Part shown: positions 20,795 through 31,403 of the stretch, one piece after another
How the letters are laid out: every line of letters begins with the position of its first letter
Position numbering within the stretch: position 1 is the stretch's first letter
Assembly (NCBI GenBank): GCA_043228905.1
Contig: JBHGNT010000001.1
Span: forward strand, 33,170,001 to 33,234,000
From: Azolla caroliniana
Taxonomy: Eukaryota > Plantae > Polypodiophyta
Reading direction: 5' to 3'
DNA: 64,000 nt
Made by a program: the position numbers and the translations under genes
The notes under the pieces: model-generated
The model's database searches: none
The model's input: the letters and a program-made list of their open reading frames with translations, nothing else
Told to the model about the DNA's origin: nothing

Positions 20795-23680
20795 ATGGCT
20801 TCGATCGAGAGACAGTTCTCGAGAGAAGATTTCTCCACACGCCCTTCTGTGTTTATCAAAGTTCATCCTTCTACTCCTCCTCCTCACGGCTGCAAGGTGA
20901 TCTTTGAAACATCGTCACCATCTGTCTCCATTAAGCTTGAAGATAAAGTTAGTAGTGTTTCGAATTTGGTCCAATCGTGTGAAGAGAAAGAGAAGGAATT
21001 TCTGAAACCTAGAATGTTTCTAGATCGATTCAGTGTTTTGAACTTGATAAAGGTATGTGCGAAAGAGAAGAATTTATGGAAAATAAGAAGGATTCATGCC
21101 GATGTCCTCAATACACAGTTGATCACAAAAGATGTGCATGTTGTCACTTCCTTACTCAGTGCATATGCCAAATGTGGTGCATTGAAAGAAGCTCGAGAAC
21201 TGTTTGAATGTTTCCCAATGCGAAATGTGGTGACTTGGAATGCTCTCATAGCAGGATATACTCAACAGAAACTTGGTCACGAAGCCTTGAAATGCTTCAA
21301 ACAGATGCAAGAGGAAGGAATCTCACCCAATACGATCACATTGATATGTGCTATGAAAGCTTGTAGTGTTATTGGATCGATCAAGGTTGGTCGAGAGATT
21401 GAAGATCAAATCAGAAAGCAAGGTTTGTTGCAAACAGATATTGCTGTAGGCACTACTTTAGTAGACATGTATGCCAAATGTGGTTCTCTTGAGAAAGCAC
21501 AAGAGGTGTTTCATGAGCTTCCAATGCAGAATGTCATATCTTGGACTGCTCTCATATCTGGATATACCTTGTATGGCCATGGCAATGAAGCATTGAGGTG
21601 CTTTAGGCAAATGAAGGATGAGGGTGTTTCCCCCAATCCGGTAACTTATATTTGTGTTTTGAAAGCTTGTGGCATTGTAGGATCTCTTGAGATTGGGGAA
21701 GACATATATGCACAGGTCAAGAAGCAAGGGTTGTTACGAAAAGATGTTACACTTGGTACTGCATTGGTTGATATGTATGCTAAGTGTGGAATGCTTGAGA
21801 AAGCTCTAGAAGTATTCCAACAGCTTCGAGGTCGCAATGTTGCAACTTGGACTGCATTAATAGCTGGATATGTCCAGCATGGTCGCAGCCAAGATGCCCT
21901 GAAATGGTTTAGGCAGATGAAAGAGGAGGGTCTTTCCCCTGATTCAGTAACTTACATTTGTATTCTTAAAGCTTGTAGCAGTGTATCACTTGAGATCGGA
22001 GAAGACATAGATGCAGAAGTTAGAAAACAGGGGTTGTTACAGAAAGACATTGTTTTGGGTAATACACTGGTGGACATGTATGCCAAATGTGGTGCAATTG
22101 AAAAAGCTCGAGAAGTATTTGAACAACTTTCAAGTAAAGATGTTGTTTCTTGGAATGTACTGATATCTGGATATACTCAACATGGGCTTGGTAAAGAAGC
22201 ACTGGGATGCTTCAAGAAAATGAAAGAAGAGAGAGTCTCCCCAAGTGTGGTAACATATATTTGCCTTTTGAAAGCTTGTAGCATTGTGGGATCTCTCAAC
22301 ATTGGAGAAGACATACATGCAGAAGTCAAGGAGCAAGGGTTACTGCAAAGAGATATCGTACTTGGAACCACTTTGGTAGATATGTATGCAAAATGTGGGG
22401 CACTCGATGCTGCACGACAAGTATTTGAACAACTTCCAATGCAGAATGTTGCATCCTGGACCGCACTCATAACTGGATATGCTCAACATGGGCTTGGTCA
22501 TGAAGCTTTGAAATGCTTCAAACAGATGCAAATGGAGGGATTTCGCCCAGATGCAGTCACTTACATCTGCATTTTAAAAGCTTGTGGCATCATAGGTTCT
22601 CTTGAAATTGGAGAAGACATTGATGCTGAGGTGAGAAAACAAGGTTTACTGAACAAAGATATTTTGATTGGGAACTCATTAGTAGACATGTATGTCAAGT
22701 GTGGTGTGATTGAAAAAGCGGAAGAAATATTTGAACAGCTTCCGGTGCGGGATGTTGTATCATGGACTGCATTGATGGCAGGACATGCCCAATTAGGCAA
22801 AGCCAATGTGGTTTTGGACCTTTTCACAAAAATGAAGAAACAAGGAATTGCACCAAATCTGGTTAGTTTCCTTGTTTTGCTATCTGCATGCAGCCATGCA
22901 GGTCTGTTGGAAGAGGGAGAAATGTTGTTTAATGACATGTGTGATATTTACAGTCTCACTCCCATGCTGGAACACTATGCCTGTATGATTGATCTATTTG
23001 GGCGTGCGGGGCGCTTTGAGAAGGCTGAAGCTTTGCTTGACAAAGTTGCACCATCTGGCCGTCTTCCACTATTCTTGGCTATTTTGGGTGCTTGCCTCAA
23101 ATGGGTAAATGTAAAGCTTGGGCGATGGGCCTTTGAGCAATCATTACAGCTGGATGAGAAATGTACTTCAGCATATGTTTCCATGGAGAAAATATATGCA
23201 AAGGCTGGCATGCCAATAGAGGCAAATGAAATTGAATCTTGGAGGGTTAAAAACAAAGCATCAAATATCGCAGGATGTTGTTGGTGGACAGATTCTGATA
23301 GGAATGTGCATTCATTTGTCACGGATGATAGGAGTCCTCCTCAAGTTACAGATATCTTTCTGAAACTAGATATAATTCAGCAGAATCTATCAGAGAAGGG
23401 CTACTCTCCAGGTTTGCATTGGGTGTCACAAGCCATTTCAGATGACAAGAAGGAAAATGTATTATGTGGCCAAAGTGAGAAGCTGGCAATTGCATATGCC
23501 CTGGCTAATACATCAAATGGCACGCCAATACGTGTTACGAAGAACATGAAGGTATGTGGAGGCTGCCATTCTGCCATTTCCCTTATGTCAATGATAGAGA
23601 ATCGCAAGATTCAAGTGAATGATGCAAATCGTATACACATTTTTGAGGATGGTAGATGTATTTGTGAGGACCACTATTGA
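20795..23680 (+). CDS. PLS-class PPR with E1-E2 and DYW:WW-type deaminase domain, variant QSE/DHY; in-frame upstream ATG at 20750
   Basis: Intronless 976-aa ORF with six near-identical PLS triplets; C-terminus AGCCWWTD...VHSFV...GYSP...LCGQSEKLAIAYAL...KNMKVCGGCH...RIHIFEDGRCICEDHY. Confidence 0.95.
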   Translation: MASIERQFSREDFSTRPSVFIKVHPSTPPPHGCKVIFETSSPSVSIKLEDKVSSVSNLVQSCEEKEKEFLKPRMFLDRFSVLNLIKVCAKEKNLWKIRRIHADVLNTQLITKDVHVVTSLLSAYAKCGALKEARELFECFPMRNVVTWNALIAGYTQQKLGHEALKCFKQMQEEGISPNTITLICAMKACSVIGSIKVGREIEDQIRKQGLLQTDIAVGTTLVDMYAKCGSLEKAQEVFHELPMQNVISWTALISGYTLYGHGNEALRCFRQMKDEGVSPNPVTYICVLKACGIVGSLEIGEDIYAQVKKQGLLRKDVTLGTALVDMYAKCGMLEKALEVFQQLRGRNVATWTALIAGYVQHGRSQDALKWFRQMKEEGLSPDSVTYICILKACSSVSLEIGEDIDAEVRKQGLLQKDIVLGNTLVDMYAKCGAIEKAREVFEQLSSKDVVSWNVLISGYTQHGLGKEALGCFKKMKEERVSPSVVTYICLLKACSIVGSLNIGEDIHAEVKEQGLLQRDIVLGTTLVDMYAKCGALDAARQVFEQLPMQNVASWTALITGYAQHGLGHEALKCFKQMQMEGFRPDAVTYICILKACGIIGSLEIGEDIDAEVRKQGLLNKDILIGNSLVDMYVKCGVIEKAEEIFEQLPVRDVVSWTALMAGHAQLGKANVVLDLFTKMKKQGIAPNLVSFLVLLSACSHAGLLEEGEMLFNDMCDIYSLTPMLEHYACMIDLFGRAGRFEKAEALLDKVAPSGRLPLFLAILGACLKWVNVKLGRWAFEQSLQLDEKCTSAYVSMEKIYAKAGMPIEANEIESWRVKNKASNIAGCCWWTDSDRNVHSFVTDDRSPPQVTDIFLKLDIIQQNLSEKGYSPGLHWVSQAISDDKKENVLCGQSEKLAIAYALANTSNGTPIRVTKNMKVCGGCHSAISLMSMIENRKIQVNDANRIHIFEDGRCICEDHY

Positions 23681-24529
23681 TACAAAGCTTTCAAAGGAAT
23701 GTTGCCAAGCCCTTTTATATGGTTTTTCATGAACTTTTTAGGCTGGTTGCAGTTACAATTATTGGGAGAAACATTTCAATTGGATGTTGCAACACCTGGT
23801 TTTTGGTTCCTTGATCAATTTGCTGAGAATTAGACAGTTAATTAATTTGAACATTGTAAATGTATCTGCCTGATATTCTGCAGATTGACATCAAAGTATT
23901 TTGTCAACTATGATGCCACGGGTCATCTCATGAAGAACCCAAGTTCTGGTAAAGGGCACCCAACTACACATATCTTGACAAGAGAACTTTACCATTTGCT
24001 TATTTCTAGCTTTGCAGAAATATGACTGTCATGCAGTTTTGAGGGCGCAAAACTATCTTCATCTTCATTATAAGAGCCTGTATTTGCTTGGAAATTCAGT
24101 TGCTTTGGAGGCTGATCTGAGATGTTTTTCTAGACAGATGCTTTGGTTTACAATTTGGAGAAGCTAGTTCATATACTCTGGATGTTTCGTAATTACCCCT
24201 TATATAAAGGTATAATATGAAAGTATCTCATTATTATTCGATATTTTTCAAAATATTAATAAGTTGTGTACACTTTATTTCTAGCAGATATCCAAAGAGA
24301 GGATAATCTACACAAAATCACTTATCAGTAAAGTGTGAATGCTGGAAGGTTGGTTTGATGGTTTCTGCCCGATGCTTGAAAGTTGATTGTCAATAAGAAT
24401 TACACCATCATATATTGAATGGGAGACATAGATGGAACTTGGTTCATTGCATGGGACAACACTGTTCTTCCTTCCGACAAAAACCTTATGATGATTCAAT
24501 TGAATGATAGCTGAATCGCCAATAAGTAA

Positions 24530-25025
24530 GCTTTGAAGAGTTTGGGCCGTTCACTTGCATTGGTAAATTCAAGAAGTGGGCCGTTTTTACTGAATCACTA
24601 GATTATCGAAGGAAAGAAAAGAAAACAGAAAAAGGTTAGAAAATGTTTGGAATATGATTACAGATTTGTAATGGGATTATGCACAGATATATCTCTTATC
24701 AGTAGCTGGTTATTTGCAATATGCAAACTCTTCAAACTCACTTGTGATGCAACTAGTAATTTGGTAGAGAAGAAAGTCTTGTCCCCGTCAATCGATATAT
24801 ATAGTTGTGGGACTCTCATTCAAAGGCATATTTTGGGTTTCATTTAACCTCTAGTATCTTTTAAATTCGTGTCAGAGGATGAAATCAAGTTTCCAAGTCA
24901 GTCACCAGAAACTTCACGTCTCCAGAAAACAGATTTGAAATTCCGTGGTACAAGAAAAGGGATGTGCATATATACATGAATAAACAGACATGTTTGTATA
25001 TGTATGCATGGATATCTTTATGCAA
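24530..25025 (-). pseudogene. Fragmentary duplicate of the CCR-like gene (start of exon 2 plus adjoining intron 1)
   Basis: Collinear with 28479-28845, e.g. tttgaagagtttgggccgttcacttgcattggtaaattcaagaagtgggccgtttt versus tttgaagagtttgagcctttcacttgcatatggtaaattcaataagtgcgccgtttt; contains indels. Confidence 0.85.
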
Positions 25026-25819
25026 TGTTTAGGTATAGGACACTGTCATGATGAGAAAGCTCAATGTTTAGTCTTAAAGACATCTTATAGAAATAAATAT
25101 ACATGTTAATGACAAAATCGGCCTATGAGACGAATCGTGACTACAACATTTTGAGCTCCAGGTTTCCTAACACTCCATGATCATGATCCTAATGCATGTG
25201 ATGGAACATTTTTTGAGATGATTAACAGGTATGGAGTGAATATCTAATATTTATGAGAGAAGTGGTGATTGAACTTCGTATCCAAGGTCTGTTGGTGTGG
25301 TAGTTTAACAAGTGGTCATGCAAATAAGACATAGGAGGCAATGGTATCCATGATCCAATGGTTGTAAGAGATGTGTTAGTTGATGATGATCCATGTTTTT
25401 CAAAACTTTAGAAAGAGCACAACCAAATTGCATGCATGGCAAACGAAACAAGATGTTTATCGTCACTTTGGCCATTGGAGAATCGCGTTGCAATCGTTAA
25501 GGACAAAGAGCTACTACCTGGTGTTGAATGTAACCAAACATTTTGGATAGGCTGGTTGAAGTTCACTAAAAGTTGTACATAAATCACGCCCCCTCTCTTG
25601 TATCTAATGTTTCTAACGTTGATTTGTATATCAAAGTTATACAGTTCCATTTGTAGTACCTTCATCACCATATAATCAACATTTTCCTAGTGTACTTTAT
25701 CTTTGTCGATATTGTGTATTCTCTTTCTCACACACGCGCGCACACACACACATCTTCCTTAGTCTATTATGTGCTATCTTCAATCGTAGTTTATCACAGA
25801 ATGTGTTACCATTTCTGCA

Positions 25820-26389
25820 GCGCATATGCAAATGTGGTACATTGAAAGAAACTCACAAAGTATTTGAATGTTCCTGAATGTGAAATGGAGTGACTTGGAA
25901 TGCTCTCATAGCAAGATATACAAAATAAAAACTTGGTGACAAAGGCTTCAAGTACTTAAAAAAAAATGCAAGAGGAAGGAATCTCATTCAATCCACACAC
26001 GTGTTTCTAATGCAAAACATCATAACTTGGACTACTCATATAGCTAGATATAGCTTATATGACCATGGCAATAAAACTTTGAGCTGCTTAGGCAAATGCA
26101 AGATGGGGGAGTTTCTCCCAATCCAGTAACATGAGATACAGTAGGGCCTCTTTGAGGTCGAGGAAGACCTATATGTACAGGTCAAGATGCGAGGGTTCTT
26201 GGAAAGCACTGATATTTGGAAATGCCCAAAATGGCCTTGGTAATGGATCATTGGAATGCTTAAAGAAAATGCAAGAAAAGAAAATCTCCTCAAGTTCAGA
26301 GACAACATATCTGCAATTTGGAATCTTGTAGCTTTATAGGATGTCTCAATATTGGAGAAGACATGGATGCAAAGTCATCGAGCAAGGGT
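25820..26389 (+). pseudogene. Internally deleted, frameshifted copy of the PPR-DYW gene
   Basis: Three blocks match about 21160-21330, 21523-21732 and 22147-22340 in order, with stops and frameshifts. Confidence 0.9.
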
Positions 26390-26921
26390 CACAAATGATG
26401 ACATTAGCATTTAGAGAGTGTGTTTGAGGCAATGTTTCAAGTGTTATTGATATTATGTGCACGATACCCATCATGTAGAGCTGATGGTCAATAAGTGTGA
26501 TACAGTCTAAATATTTTGGTCAGAAAAACGTTTATGAAATAGCAAGAGTGGTTAGAACTCCATTTTTTATATCCAAGGAGTTGCATCCATCACACTCAAG
26601 CCTGCTGTCCTCATATATCAGAATTGAAAACGTTTCCACAGATTGTACCTTCTCATAACCAACATAAATTGTAATAATTATCAGTCAATATATCCATATG
26701 AGGTATCAGTGTTGCTTTAAAATTCATTGGCCTAAATTAACCCTCATTTTATCATTCTGCACTGCACTTCCATCAACCTCAAACAACAAAGCTCCACATT
26801 ATTATTGCTCCTTGTACAATACTAATTAGACATACATTGACCTCGATCAAGTGAAGTTTGAAGCCTTCTTATTTGTACAAAACTAAATTTGTTTCTTCCA
26901 TCATATAAGACACACATACGA

Positions 26922-29900
26922 TTAGAGTTTCTGCTTAACCAGGTTCTGTTCAATCAAACTGTCCACGCATTCTTTTAGTGACTCTGCAATAGGTGTAAAT
27001 TCCATTCCCAAGCTCCTCAGCTTTTCTGTAGATACCTTGTATATTGGGGCACGAGGACCAGATTCATCTACACATCTGAGAAGCTCAAAAAAACAGAAAA
27101 ATTTCAGAAATGAAGGAAAGTCACAGGGGATATTATATATAATTACAAAACATTTACTTTGCAGATATTGCCAAATCAGGGTAGAGATTCTTGAGTATCT
27201 GAACAATGTCCTCATAATGTAATGTGCTCTCTACACACACATAACGTCCTGATGCAGATGCAGATTCATATGCCAGTATATGAGCTTTTGCAACATCTCT
27301 GACATCTACCCAACCCATCACAACGTTTGGATATGTGGCAGCGCCTGATAAGAACATAGAAACTTAATTATATAGGCCATCAACTCAAGTTCCACGTGCA
27401 TCAACATTCCATACATCACCTAAAAGTTACCATTTAGAATTTTTAAAATAGCCTCTGAACTTGTGTTCATGCTCTGCTGCAGAAGCCTTCCCACAACCAT
27501 TGCTGGATTAATTGTCACTAGATCCAATTCATGTTCCTTTGCAAACTTCCAAGCTTCTAGTTCGGCTAGTGTCTTTGATTGTTGGTACCACAGCTGAAAT
27601 AATGCAAAATATAGAACACTCATCATTCAACTTTTGTATAAGAAGCTCAATGAAATGAATCATAGAATCTAGGGTTTAACTGCTTACATTTCTTTCTCCA
27701 CAAAACTGTGGATCACTAAAAAAGCTCTCATCAACAATATCTTCCACTTTTCTGGAAGGTGCATACACAACAGCTGCTGTTGACGATGTTAAGACTATCC
27801 TTTTTACAGTCTTTGCTTTCGTACATGCATTTAGAACATTGAGAGTACCTTTCACAGCTGGACCAATCAGATCTCTCTATACAAAATAAAAGAAGGCTCA
27901 GCTTGTCTAACACCATTGTGTGCTAGATTTTAGTGGAAAATATCTTGATTTATTTACTTGATCTACAAATTATAATACTTGCGAAATAGCAGTCAAGTGT
28001 TTATAATACATTCAGAGATTTTAAGGTGTAGTGGATTGCAAACAATAAAGGATCACACATTTAAGAGAAACCATAGTGTAGTTGGACATGAAGTATGGAT
28101 TATCACTGCTCTCTTTACATGCAGTGGCCAAGGTCAAGTTCTATGGTGCCATACAAACTCTGAGCAATCCACGATTAAGTTTAACCGGAAAAAAGCATCC
28201 GCATAAAACTTACGTTTTCTTGTATTCCCACTAATAGAAACTAGAGGATCAGATTATGTGCATATAATTAAACATCCAAGAAACCCAAGGTGCATACAAC
28301 TTTAGTACAACTTAAAGCTACATATAATCATAATATTTTCTTATAAAATTAAGTAGCTGAAAAGGCATGGCAGATACCTGTGGGTCACTTGTATTGAAGA
28401 AAAAAGGTGATGCAGTATGAAAGACTCCATCACAACCATCTATGGCAGAATCAAAGGAACCATCTTCTAGTAAATCAGCTTTGAAGAGTTTGAGCCTTTC
28501 ACTTGCATATGGTAAATTCAATAAGTGCGCCGTTTTCACCAGATTATCTTAGGAAAGAAAAATAAAAATAAAAAACAGTTAAGAGAATATTTGGAATATG
28601 ACTACTGATTGGCAATGGAGCCATGCACAGATGTAAGTGTAATTTGGTAGAAGAGAGTGTACTCTTAATCAAAAGCCATATTAAAACTTTTTTAACATGT
28701 AGAATCTTTTAAACTATTGTCAAAAGATGGAATCATGTTTCCATGTCGGTCAGCAAAACAGGTTTAAGAATTTCAGGAAGAAAAAAGAAACGCACATATA
28801 TACATGCACACATACACATGTATGTATGTTGGATATTTTTATGCATGCATTTTATATGCATACACATGCACCTAATTGAACTGATAAATATCCACATCTA
28901 ATTACATATGCATAGTAGAAGTCATTCATTAATTCATCTGAAGGGGAAAAGAAACACATTTTTAATATATAATTGATGGACCATGTATTATATAACTCAG
29001 TAGAATATAATAGTATCTTTAATATGCTTATCTTTGTGTAGACACCTTGGGCTTTCTCATCATCATAGAGTCCAACATCTAAGCATTGCATCTATGGAGA
29101 GGCATAAAGAGAGTCATGAGTTGACAGAGACAACGGCGGATGAAGTTAGTAGACAATTTGAAGTTAGTAGAGAAATTGTCGGTGGAATAATAGGTAAAAT
29201 TTCACCTTTGTAAGCATCTTTCTTTTCTCAAATTTGCAGCCAATGTAAATAGAACGAAAAAGGAATATCAAAAATAAATAACCACAGTTAAAAATACATT
29301 CCCTTCTTTCTCCCAAAAATTCGAAAAACTCTAACAAAATTTAAAGGCTTTAGAAAATTCAAGGAACAAGAGGAATTTTTTTTTCAAAAAGTTCTGAGAG
29401 TTGGAGCGAGATTTTTTGCCTCGTGGGCCATTAATACTATATAGCTGAACTTACATAAACCAAGTTTGGTAAGATTTTCAAGTGACTATTTAGAGTTGGA
29501 TTTCTTAAATAACAAGTCCAGATGTTCCACTTTGTAGAATACAATTTCTTGCAAAGAGAGATTATGTAACTCTCATGTGAGCACACTTCACGTGTTCAAA
29601 AACAGTGAATTTTTACAGCCCTCAATCATTCAGGTCCTACATATTGTGGAGTTCTGATAGGGATCATACATTTATTCGAGTTTCTTTCTTGAAGGAGTAG
29701 TTATTCAATGAATCAAGAAACTCGACTTCCATGATAGACGAAGTGGGTAGAGCTTATACCTTCTTAATGCAAGCATGGTTCTGAATAAAAATGGAAGTTT
29801 TCACAGTAATGGGTGATGATTAAGCTAGATGGGAACAAATATAGTTGAGCCCTTCTAAGAAACGCGATCTCCCCCTACGCATTCACCCCTATCTCGAAGA

Positions 29901-30199
29901 TAGCCTTCTGTGATTCCCATCGTGTCTGATGGACGTTTCCCAATAGATCTTATATCCTTAAAGGACAAAAGGACAGGGGGAGATGAGGGAGACAACCAGA
30001 AACAAGGAAAGGAAGAACTAATCCTGCCAAGTGCTTATCCATTTTTTGGAAGGACGGGCAGAAGAAAAAAGGGGAAGATGGAAAGAAAACCTGGATCTCT
30101 GACAGAAGCTCGCACGGTGTATCCTTTCTCGAGGAGCTGCTTGACGATCCACGAAGCGATGAAGCCAGAGGCACCGGTCACGCACACAAGCTTTCCCAT
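26922..30199 (-). CDS. Cinnamoyl-CoA reductase-like / phenylacetaldehyde-reductase-type SDR; exons 30199-30091, 28547-28378, 27876-27688, 27593-27431, ~27345-27160, ~27076-26922
   Basis: [23 protein letters not shown] (NADP-binding), [20 protein letters not shown], catalytic LWYQQSK (YxxxK), [16 protein letters not shown]; six-exon layout typical of the family. Confidence 0.93.
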
Positions 30200-30423
30200 A
30201 GCCGCCTCTTATCGTCGTCCCAGTCTTTCTGTCTGTCTGTCTATGAGTCTTCTGGTTCTGACGACAAAGATGAGCTTTTAATGCCTCACGTAACTTCCTT
30301 AAGACACTGTCTCTCTCTGTCTTCTCTTCATGGTTTCGCGATAAACATGGATTTTCATGGCACTATATTTGGCTTGGCTTGGCTTGACTTGACTTGACTT
30401 GACTTGACTTGACTTGGACTTGG

Positions 30424-30989
30424 TAACAATGGGCCCGGTTCGGTTCGGTTCGGTTTCTTGGCCTTCAAACCAAACCGTTTACGGAAATTTTAGAACCAAA
30501 CCAAATCATCTTTTTGAGATATTGATTATCATATATATTATGAATATATGTGAGAAAATCATCATAAATTTGGTCATCATACTTATCATAAATTTAGTTA
30601 TCACACTTATTATAAATTTGGTCATCATACCTGTCATAAATTTAGTCATCATACATATTATAATTTTGGTCATCATACTTATCATAAATTTGACATCAAA
30701 AGGACACTCTACTTATAATGTATATAAAATTTAATAAGTTAGAGCCTAGAGGTTTAAAATTAAACGTTAAAATTTAGCCTAGAGGTGAAAATTTAGGAAT
30801 ATTTTTTAACCTTTAAACCTTTAAACCAAACCACATAAACCTAAACCGTTAAACCATGAAATTCAAAACCAAACCGGATCATAACATTTGAAACCAAACC
30901 AAACGGTTTATTTATTTTTGAACCAATAAACCGTTAAGCCACGGTTTAACGGTTCAGTTCGGTTTGAGCTAAAACTGGGCCCATTGCTA
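30424..30989. mobile_element. Non-autonomous TIR element (hAT-like MITE), 566 bp, inside a (GACTT)n microsatellite
   Basis: Left end TAACAATGGGCCCGGTT; right end reverse complement TAGCAATGGGCCCAGTT; subterminal CGGTT/AAACC motifs; internal 24-bp tandem array at about 30560-30695; (GACTT)n on both flanks. Confidence 0.8.
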
Positions 30990-31060
30990 TGACTTTGACT
31001 TGACTTGACTTTGACTTTGACTTGACTTGGCTTGACTTGACTATCTATCAAATTGTTGTG

Positions 31061-31403
31061 AGGACCCAAAAGATGACTCTTAACATTAACACTGAAGGAT
31101 GAGGAAATCTTTCCAACACAATATGCAATGGCCGGATGGGTGGCCCTCGAAATGAATTAATTATTGGTCCTACACTAGTTCCGCACAATTCCCTATATAT
31201 GTATGTTCCATTAACCACTGATTCAGTTTAAAAGGTCAGTTACCCACTTCTCACCTGGTTGCTAGGGCCCAAAAGATGATTCTTAACATAAACACTAGAG
31301 GATGAGGAAATCTTTCCAACGCATTACGCAATGGCTGGACGGGGGACCCCCGAAATGAATAAATTATTGGTCTCACACTAGTTTTGCACAAATTCCGCAC
31401 AAA
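31061..31403. repeat. Direct repeat, about 130 bp x2, spaced about 205 bp
   Basis: cccaaaaagatgactcttaaca...ggatgaggaaatctttccaac...cgaaatgaat...ttattggt...cactagtt at about 31065-31190 and 31268-31392. Confidence 0.85.

Noticed and set aside
30560-30695. Regularly spaced short repeats (also 832-1030 and 37872-38040) that might suggest a CRISPR-like array
   Set aside because: Head-to-tail minisatellites with no unique spacers, no cas genes, and a eukaryotic context.
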